The notes under the pieces are model-generated. The model saw only the letters and a program-made list of their open reading frames with translations. It ran no database searches and had not been told where the DNA came from. Made by a program: the position numbers and the translations under genes. 64,000 nt of DNA, from the NCBI GenBank assembly GCA_023262505.1, contig JALRAP010000003.1:3420-67419 (forward strand), read 5' to 3'. This document shows, in pieces, positions 57,481 to 64,000 of the stretch (within the stretch, counting starts at the first letter, position 1; every line of letters begins with the position of its first letter). The stretch is from Bacteroidia bacterium (GTDB taxonomy: Bacteria; Bacteroidota; Bacteroidia; AKYH767-A; OLB10).

Positions 57481-57862
57481 GGGTATTTAATTCGATCAAT
57501 CTCACGCTGCGATTCAAACGATTCTGGGTGCAGATCATCGGGCTGTTTGGCCAATAGCGATTCGTGTTGGATTTGCTCAATATCATGGCTGCCCTGAGCA
57601 TGGATTTCTTGTCTATCGGAGATTCGAAATCCTGCAAGGTTGGGAACAACAACATGGTTTTTGCAGGCAGATTCAACGCTTTTCCGGCCTCCTCCCAATC
57701 CTTGTATCCACAGGCATGCAGCAGTTTCTCCATCCACTTTTCCAAATCCGCTGTTTTTTTCGGTGGTTTCAATGAAACGATTTCACAAAGCACCCCTTGG
57801 CTTTCGCCCTCGAAAATGGATTCATACACCTTTTCAGTTTTTACAACAGATCTTGGTCCCAT
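57452..57862 (-). CDS. hypothetical protein
   Basis: 136-aa ORF, 7 nt after the MoxR-like gene, overlapping the next gene by up to 29 nt. No motif recognised. Confidence 0.5.
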   Translation of the reverse strand: MGPRSVVKTEKVYESIFEGESQGVLCEIVSLKPPKKTADLEKWMEKLLHACGYKDWEEAGKALNLPAKTMLLFPTLQDFESPIDKKSMLRAAMILSKSNTNRYWPNSPMICTQNRLNRSVRLIELNTREYYGMDEE

Positions 57863-57869
57863 GCTGATT

Positions 57870-59324
57870 TCAGGATTTTGCTTCTTTTAGGAAGCGGGTT
57901 ACCTTGTCAAAGCATATGTTCAATTCCTCCTCCAAAGTCGCCGCATCGCTGATGGTTTCGAATTTCAACAGTAGGTAAAGGATCAGCTGCTTGGCCCGTT
58001 TCTTGCGAAGCGTGTTTTTCTTCGGGAAGGAGTTGATCAGTTTTTGGCATTCAGCCCAAATGGGATGTTTGTCGCTTTTGATTTCCTGGTTCACCATTTC
58101 CTTCCATTTCAATTCGCCATTCACCTCCATGATTTCGGATGTGATCTTCAACATGTCGCTCAACGCATCCTCAGTCAGCATCGACTGGGAACTTAGTGCA
58201 GGGTAAGCGGAAAAACAGAAAATGGCTCTGCTCTCGTGATCCATCCTCATCATTTTTTGGATTACGGCGATGCTCTTGGTGTCTTTGTCGATTTGGGCTT
58301 CGAACAGCATGTCGATGCAAGTTGCCACCTGCTCTGTTTTTAAAAACTCAGCTACCCAGGATTGTGCTTCATCACCAGCCAAAACCAAGCGAGCCGCCTC
58401 CGCGTGTGCGGTGTCTATTTGGTGCTGTGCCACTTGTTCCCGATATGCCCGATGCGGAACGCTCCAGGTCAAGGTGAGTTTGAACAAGCTCATCAATTGT
58501 TTTTCGTCCAGCTCACCTTTCAATTCTTGGACCACACAAGCAACCGCGGTGATGTTGCGTGCAAGCAATCGAGCTCGGCGCGGAGAAATCCGCATACCGG
58601 CTTCATGCAAAAACGATGTGACCAAACGAACGTAGTTGACCGTTCGCTTATCTGGGTTTTGTATGGCCTCTTCGAATACGGGTTTCAATTTGTATACAAA
58701 ATCATACAGGCCCCCATTGTCATTCGAAAGGGCGTTCTCCCCAGCGGGATCAATCACGCCTAACTGTTCATCTTTTTTCAAGTCGGGCCAATCGGGCACC
58801 TCTATGATGAATGCGAATCGGTCGGCTAATGCCTGATCCAATGCCTGGCTGCCTTCGTAATGGTCGTCGTCGCCATTCATTTGGAATGGATTCATGGCCG
58901 CCCAGCGATAGGTCAGCTTTTCAAGAGCGATGCCCTGAATTTTCCGCTCGTGTACGATTGAGAAAAATTTGTTTTGGCTTTCTGGTTTGCACCGGCTGAG
59001 CTCATCCACTAAAACTGATTGGGCGCCCCATACGGTAGCCGGTGTTTGAAGGAATCGGATGGAGTTCCCATCCGCATCCGGAGCGGGGAATCCGATCAGG
59101 TCATCGAACGAAATCAGACTCGCATTGTAATGCCGATGCTCCAGTCGCATGGCTTCCGAGATGCTGTTCAGTAAAAATGTTTTTCCGGTGCCGGCTTCTC
59201 CGATGAGTAGTATCGGGTCTTCCGATACCAATGCGGCCAAAATGAGTGGTTCAACTTCGTCGAAGCCGAACACGCCGAGTTTCCTCAGAAACCCTTTCGA
59301 TTTTGTTGGTTGCTTTTTTTCCAT
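57870..59324 (-). CDS. MoxR-like AAA+ ATPase with ~270-aa helical C-terminal extension
   Basis: Walker A GEAGTGKT, Walker B VLVDELSR, sensor-1 AAMNP, DRF, sensor-2 ISPRRARLLARNI. Confidence 0.85.
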   Translation of the reverse strand: MEKKQPTKSKGFLRKLGVFGFDEVEPLILAALVSEDPILLIGEAGTGKTFLLNSISEAMRLEHRHYNASLISFDDLIGFPAPDADGNSIRFLQTPATVWGAQSVLVDELSRCKPESQNKFFSIVHERKIQGIALEKLTYRWAAMNPFQMNGDDDHYEGSQALDQALADRFAFIIEVPDWPDLKKDEQLGVIDPAGENALSNDNGGLYDFVYKLKPVFEEAIQNPDKRTVNYVRLVTSFLHEAGMRISPRRARLLARNITAVACVVQELKGELDEKQLMSLFKLTLTWSVPHRAYREQVAQHQIDTAHAEAARLVLAGDEAQSWVAEFLKTEQVATCIDMLFEAQIDKDTKSIAVIQKMMRMDHESRAIFCFSAYPALSSQSMLTEDALSDMLKITSEIMEVNGELKWKEMVNQEIKSDKHPIWAECQKLINSFPKKNTLRKKRAKQLILYLLLKFETISDAATLEEELNICFDKVTRFLKEAKS

Positions 59325-59858
59325 GTTGCAGTTTTTTTGGCTGCATCACGGAATAAAACGGACAGGAAATGTGGTGGGTGAACATTTTTGGCATTCCTTG
59401 CCCGCATCGTTCGGCCACCGTGGTGTTCCACTCGGTTGGCACCCATTTAAGGGTTCGTGATGCTGCCGCAAAGTTACGGCGATTTTCAAAAATCCAACAT
59501 CCAAACAAAAATATTTTTAGAAACGCCTGATGATGAGACCCATAAATTTTGGCTGTTACACAATAATATGTGTGTGGACATTTTCAACATTTCAATGCTC
59601 AAACACAGAAGTGCATCGCAATGGTAAGCGGGCAATCAGTGCCCAAAGGACGAAACAGGGGCATATTCCCCATGCCCTAATTTTCAAGACCATTTCCTAA
59701 TTTCGCCTTGATACCGCCTAGGTTAAATTAGATGGCGCGGTTGTTTCGCAATTTACGGGTCTGGAGTGCGATTCTCCAGTCGACCCTGCAAAAACAAATG
59801 AATAAGAGTCGTGAATCATCTATATCCAAACAATAATAATCCCAAACAACATCCAAAC

Positions 59859-62588
59859 ATGAAAAACCTCTTTAGGTTGCTTCTCTGTGCGCTGCTGATG
59901 GCGCCAATCGTAACATCGGCCCAAAAGAAACCGGCCGCTGCTCCGGTAAAAGTCACTTCCGTGGAAGGCATCACCGAGTACCAATTGGCGAACGGCATGA
60001 AAGTGCTTCTGTTCCCCGACCCTTCCAAATCCACCATCACCGTTAACATCACCTACCTGGTGGGCTCACGCCACGAAGGATATGGCGAAAGCGGCATGGC
60101 CCACTTGTTGGAGCACATGGTTTTCAAAGGAACACCTAAGCATCCCAACATCCCACAAGAATTAACGGCGCACGGTGCAAGGCCTAATGGAACGACTTGG
60201 CTCGACCGCACCAACTATTTCGAAACATTCAACGCTACCGAAGAAAACCTGCGTTGGGCACTTGACATGGAGTCTGACCGTATGATCAATTCCTTCATAG
60301 CTAAAAAGGATTTGGAGAGCGAATTCTCAGTTGTGAGAAATGAATTCGAATCTGGTGAGAACGACCCAAGCGGAGTATTGATGGAGCGTGTGATGTCTAC
60401 GGCTTATCTGTGGCACAATTACGGAAAGTCAACTATCGGCTCTCGTGAAGATATCGAGCGTGTGCCTATCGAGAACCTCCAGGCTTTTTATAAGAAGTTT
60501 TATCAGCCCGACAACGCAGTGTTGATGGTGGCTGGCAAAATCGACGAGGCCAAGACATTGCAAATGGTGAATGAGTATTTCGGAGTCATTCCCAAGCCAA
60601 CGCGTGTGCTGCAGCCTACTTATACCGTTGAGCCTACCCAAGACGGCGAGCGCCATGTGGTGCTGCGTCGTGTTGGTGATGTGCAAGTGGCCGCTATGGG
60701 ATACCATGTGCCTGCCGGTGCTCATCCTGATTACCCAGCAGTTGATTTGTTGACAGACATCCTTACCAACGAGCCTTCCGGCCGCTTGTACAAGGCCTTA
60801 GTTGAAACCAAGATGGCCACCAGTGTTGGCGGATTCGCCTTCGAACTCAAGGATCCTGGTTATGCCTATTTCACCGCAGACGTACTCAAGGAGAAATCAC
60901 TTGATGAGGTGATGAATACCATGCAGTCGATCATGGATAATTTGAAAGACAACCCAGTCACACCTGCCGAAGTTGAGCGCGCCAAAAACAAATCACTCAA
61001 GTTTTTCGAACAAACTTACAATAACAGTGAGCGTGTGGGTTTGACACTATCCGAATACATCGCCAAAGGCGATTGGAGATTATTCTTCCATCAGCGTGAT
61101 ATGACCGAGAAAGTCACTGCCGCAGATGTGAACCGTGTTGCTGCCGCTTATTTCAAGCCTTCCAACCGCACCACTGGAAAATTCATTCCTGATGCGGCAC
61201 CTGATCGCGCTGTGATTACCGCAGCTCCAGATCCTGCTGCGTTGCTCAAGGATTACAAAGGGAAACAAGCACTCAAACAAGCCGAGGATTTTGAAGCCAC
61301 TCCAGATAATATCGCACAGCGCACCGTAAAAGGAGAGATATCCGGCGGCGCCAAGTATGCTTTCTTGAAAAAGACCACCCGTGGTGGAACCGTCAACGTA
61401 TCGATGACTTTGCGCATTGGCAGTGTGGCTGCTTTACAAGGTAAGTCAACCGTTGCCGATATGACCGCTGCGATGTTGCGTCGCGGAACCGCGAGAATGA
61501 GCATGGAGCAGATCAACGATGCGTTCGACAAAATGAAATCCAGCGTGAGTATATACGGATCCGGTCAAACGGTGAGTGTAAGCATCTCAACTACGGCTGA
61601 GCAATTGGAAAACACGTTGAAGCTTGTTCAGGAAATACTTCGTACCCCCTCCTTCCCACAAGCCGAACTGAGCAAGTTAGTAGACGAAGAATTGGCCGAC
61701 ATCGAAAAGCAGCGTAGCGAGCCGCAAAGCATTGCAGGACTTGAATTTTCACGCATCATGAAATCTTATCCTAAAAACGATTTCCGTTATGCAATGGATT
61801 TCGATGAGCAGGTGGCATCGGTAAAGGCGGTTACAATCGACCAGATCAAGAAGCTTTACCAGGATATGTACAACAGCACCAACGCTACGGTTGCCATCGT
61901 TGGCGACTTTGACGACAAAGCCATATTGGGTGTGTTGAAGCAAATGCTGGGCGATTGGAAATCACCGGTGGCATATGAGCGTGCCGTTGACACATACACC
62001 GCATCCAAACCTGGCACCAAGAAAATCAACACGCCTGATAAGACCAACGCCATGATGATGGCTGGTTTGAATGTCGAGTTCAAAGATGATAATGACGATA
62101 TGGCCGCCATGGTTATCGGCAACTACATCCTGGGCGGTGGATTCCTCAATTCCCGTCTGGCAGTCCGCATCCGTCAGAAGGAAGGTATCAGCTACGGTGT
62201 AGGATCGCAATTTCAACCCGGACAACTTGATAACTCCGGCATGTTCATGTCTTTTGCCATATACAATCCTGAAAACTCAGAGAAATTGGTTGCTTGCTTG
62301 CGCGAGGAACTGAAGCGCATCGTGAACGATGGCATTACCGAGCAAGAGTTGAAGGACGCTTCCAGTGGTTACCTACAAAGCCGCAAGGTGAGCCGTTCCC
62401 AAGACCGTGAACTAGTAGGAAGATTGAATAACTATCTGTTCCTGAATCGCGACATCTTCTGGGATCGCGACTTGGAATACCGCGTTACCAAACTCGATGT
62501 TAAACAAGTGAACGACGCCCTGAAGCGTTGGATCAAGCCCGACGATATCTACGTGGTAGAAGCAGGCGAGTTTGAGAAGAAGAAATAA
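59859..62588 (+). CDS. secreted M16 (pitrilysin) family zinc peptidase, two-unit fusion
   Basis: Inverted zinc motif HLLEHMVFKGT. Signal peptide MKNLFRLLLCALLMAPIVTSAQ from ATG 59859. About 909 aa. Confidence 0.9.
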   Translation: MKNLFRLLLCALLMAPIVTSAQKKPAAAPVKVTSVEGITEYQLANGMKVLLFPDPSKSTITVNITYLVGSRHEGYGESGMAHLLEHMVFKGTPKHPNIPQELTAHGARPNGTTWLDRTNYFETFNATEENLRWALDMESDRMINSFIAKKDLESEFSVVRNEFESGENDPSGVLMERVMSTAYLWHNYGKSTIGSREDIERVPIENLQAFYKKFYQPDNAVLMVAGKIDEAKTLQMVNEYFGVIPKPTRVLQPTYTVEPTQDGERHVVLRRVGDVQVAAMGYHVPAGAHPDYPAVDLLTDILTNEPSGRLYKALVETKMATSVGGFAFELKDPGYAYFTADVLKEKSLDEVMNTMQSIMDNLKDNPVTPAEVERAKNKSLKFFEQTYNNSERVGLTLSEYIAKGDWRLFFHQRDMTEKVTAADVNRVAAAYFKPSNRTTGKFIPDAAPDRAVITAAPDPAALLKDYKGKQALKQAEDFEATPDNIAQRTVKGEISGGAKYAFLKKTTRGGTVNVSMTLRIGSVAALQGKSTVADMTAAMLRRGTARMSMEQINDAFDKMKSSVSIYGSGQTVSVSISTTAEQLENTLKLVQEILRTPSFPQAELSKLVDEELADIEKQRSEPQSIAGLEFSRIMKSYPKNDFRYAMDFDEQVASVKAVTIDQIKKLYQDMYNSTNATVAIVGDFDDKAILGVLKQMLGDWKSPVAYERAVDTYTASKPGTKKINTPDKTNAMMMAGLNVEFKDDNDDMAAMVIGNYILGGGFLNSRLAVRIRQKEGISYGVGSQFQPGQLDNSGMFMSFAIYNPENSEKLVACLREELKRIVNDGITEQELKDASSGYLQSRKVSRSQDRELVGRLNNYLFLNRDIFWDRDLEYRVTKLDVKQVNDALKRWIKPDDIYVVEAGEFEKKK

Positions 62589-62605
62589 AAGTTGTTGTTG
62601 ATTGT

Positions 62606-62638
62606 AAAAAAGGCTTTTCGAAAGAAAAGCCTTTTTTA
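62606..62638. terminator. bidirectional rho-independent terminator
   Basis: aaaaa-aggcttttc-gaaa-gaaaagcct-ttttt: a perfect 9-bp stem flanked by A and T runs. Confidence 0.75.
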
Positions 62639-62739
62639 TTTACGATTTACGATGGACGATTTACGATTGCATCACGAAATCTTATACATAATGAATAATT
62701 TTATTGTCAATCGTACATCGTCAATCGTACATCGTCAAT
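62639..62739. repeat. long hairpin whose arms are heptamer tandem repeats
   Basis: Left arm tttacga, tttacga, tggacga, tttacga (62639-62666). Right arm tcaatcg, tacatcg, tcaatcg, tacatcg (62707-62734). About 25 of 29 positions are complementary, with a 38-nt loop. Confidence 0.65.
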
Positions 62740-63607
62740 TACCTACCGGGTGCCATGTCGTTTTCATCTCCAACATATCCAAAATCATGTAGGGTGATTG
62801 ACACGTTTCGGCCGACCAGTTTTTGAAGTCGTGGTGGATCACACGCTTCACATTCAAGGAGGCGTTGGAACGGATGGAAGCAAGTTCCTCCTTGTCGTTA
62901 CCGCAATAGATCGTGGCGTTTACATCCATGTGGTTGCTTAATCCCGATAATAATTCTTTGCGGTGACCGGTAAGGATGTTGATGGCGCCGGAGGTGACAT
63001 CAGAGGCTTGAATGACTTCGGCTAGCTCTATAGCGGTGAGTGGAAATTTATCAGAAGCCAACGCAACAACGGTGTTGCCGCTCGCAATGGCTGGCATGAT
63101 GGTAGACACCAAGCCTAGCAATCCGTATTCCAATGGTGAAATTATGGTTACCACACCTGTAGGCTCCGGATAAGTAAAATTGAAATGGGATGACTCTACG
63201 GGGTTCACCGCACTGAAGATCTGTTGGTATTTGTCGCACCACCCCGCATAATATACAATGCGGTCGATGGATGCCATCACTTCATCCATGGCCGCCGCCG
63301 GCTTCATGCCTTGCAAACACAAGGTTTCTGCAAACTGCGCCTTGCGGCCTTCCAATGTTTCTGCGATGCGATATAGAATTTGTCCGCGGTTGTAAGCGGT
63401 TTTCTTGCTCCATTCACCAAAGCCTTTCCGTGCAGCCACTACGGCATCACGAACATCTTTCTTGGAGCCGCGACAAACATTGGCGATGACATCGCCTTGC
63501 GTGTTCAACAACTTGTAATAGCGACCGGATTCGGTTCTCGGGAATTTGCCTCCGATGTAAAGCTTATATGTTTTTTGAATGGGAATGCGCTTGCTGCTGG
63601 TTGCCAT
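62735..63607 (-). CDS. short aldehyde-dehydrogenase-family protein lacking the catalytic-domain motifs
   Basis: KLYIGGKFPRTESGRYY ALDH-type N-terminus and cofactor-domain pattern. Only 290 aa, with no ELGGK / catalytic Cys / EEIFGP motifs. Confidence 0.7.
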   Translation of the reverse strand: MATSSKRIPIQKTYKLYIGGKFPRTESGRYYKLLNTQGDVIANVCRGSKKDVRDAVVAARKGFGEWSKKTAYNRGQILYRIAETLEGRKAQFAETLCLQGMKPAAAMDEVMASIDRIVYYAGWCDKYQQIFSAVNPVESSHFNFTYPEPTGVVTIISPLEYGLLGLVSTIMPAIASGNTVVALASDKFPLTAIELAEVIQASDVTSGAINILTGHRKELLSGLSNHMDVNATIYCGNDKEELASIRSNASLNVKRVIHHDFKNWSAETCQSPYMILDMLEMKTTWHPVGN

Positions 63608-63637
63608 ATTGCTATTTGTTTCGCTTTCGCGGAAGGG

Positions 63638-64000
63638 TTAGAGTTTGACATACGGATACAGTCCATGCAGACCACCTTCGCGGCCCATGCCACTTTCCTT
63701 GTATCCGCCGAAAGGCGAGGTAGGATCGAATTTGTTGTAAGTGTTCGCCCAGATAACGCCTGCACGGATTTTGGATGACACCTTGAAAACCTTCGACCCT
63801 TTGTCGGACCACACACCACCTGATAATCCATAAGGGGTGTTGTTTGCTTTCTCGATAGCTTCTTCTGCGGTGCGGAATGTTTGTATGGCAAGCACGGGTC
63901 CGAAGATTTCCTCTTGCACGATACGACTCGCTTGACTCACGCCAGTGAAAAGTGTTGGACGGAACCAGAATCCTTTGCCGGGTAATTTACAGCTTGCTTG
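63638..64000 (-). CDS. aldehyde dehydrogenase, C-terminal part (N-terminus beyond window)
   Basis: GFWFRPTLFTGV...EEIFGPVLAI...PYGLSGGVWS...GGYKESGMGRE. The frame stays open to the window end. Confidence 0.85.
   Translation of the reverse strand, partial: QASCKLPGKGFWFRPTLFTGVSQASRIVQEEIFGPVLAIQTFRTAEEAIEKANNTPYGLSGGVWSDKGSKVFKVSSKIRAGVIWANTYNKFDPTSPFGGYKESGMGREGGLHGLYPYVKL

Noticed and set aside
59757-59786. Hairpin with a 7-nt loop tgcgatt resembling a tRNA T-arm
   Set aside because: No matching 5' acceptor strand, D-arm or anticodon arm lies upstream. The outer gggt/accc pairing makes it a simple hairpin, not a tRNA or a tRNA-derived att site.
1-64000. Mobile genetic element, prophage or genomic island boundaries
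   Set aside because: No integrase, transposase, tRNA gene, direct-repeat att sites or phage structural genes were seen. A few spot GC counts varied from about 33 to 58 percent between lines, but I could not compute a proper profile, so no island is claimed.

Overview
This is a 64-kb chromosomal segment that looks Bacteroidota (Flavobacteriia-like). The evidence is three secreted proteins ending in T9SS type-A sorting domains, a TTG/TAnnTTTG-type promoter, and typical Bacteroidota gene families. I support about 63 protein-coding genes. I saw no rRNA, tRNA, CRISPR array, transposase or integrase.

Layout:
- 1-6.3 kb: an edge-truncated AAA ATPase, a dihaem cytochrome c, and a cluster of small membrane proteins with M48 and PrsW proteases.
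- 6.3-10.2 kb: a WYL-type regulator divergent from a vWA protein, a small orphan and a 392-aa Zn-cluster/winged-helix protein. This is candidate accessory module A.
- 10.2-13.4 kb: an LpxL-like acyltransferase and a T9SS-secreted cutinase/PETase-like hydrolase.
- 13.6-21.2 kb: an ABC-transporter (Wzm/Wzt)-type glycan locus.
- 21.3-29.7 kb: a T9SS agmatine-deiminase-family protein, then the housekeeping block yceD-rpmF-plsX-fabH-accB-accC, MarC and rnhA.
- 29.7-35.8 kb: a lipid-metabolism cluster (PECR-like SDR, acyl-CoA synthetase, ALDH, SDR, SCP2, acyltransferase-3).
- 35.9-37.9 kb: a GATase1 plus ATP-grasp-like pair.
- 37.9-50.2 kb: a Wzx/Wzy glycan locus with three sulfotransferases fused to cysQ-cysN-cysD-cysC, predicting a sulfated polysaccharide.
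- 50.2-51.8 kb: a T9SS CxxCH/copper-monooxygenase-like protein.
- 52.4-54.4 kb: PadR and PspC.
- 54.5-59.3 kb: a tight five-gene operon of MoxR AAA+ ATPase, orphan, HExxH-peptidase/vWA (DUF2201-like), divergent S-adenosylmethionine-synthetase-like enzyme and orphan. This is candidate module B and my best guess for the undescribed system.
- 59.9-64 kb: an M16 peptidase and an ALDH pair.

Several intergenic regions carry unusual hairpins whose arms are built from 6-7-nt tandem repeats.

All family calls come from motifs read by eye. No database search was possible.
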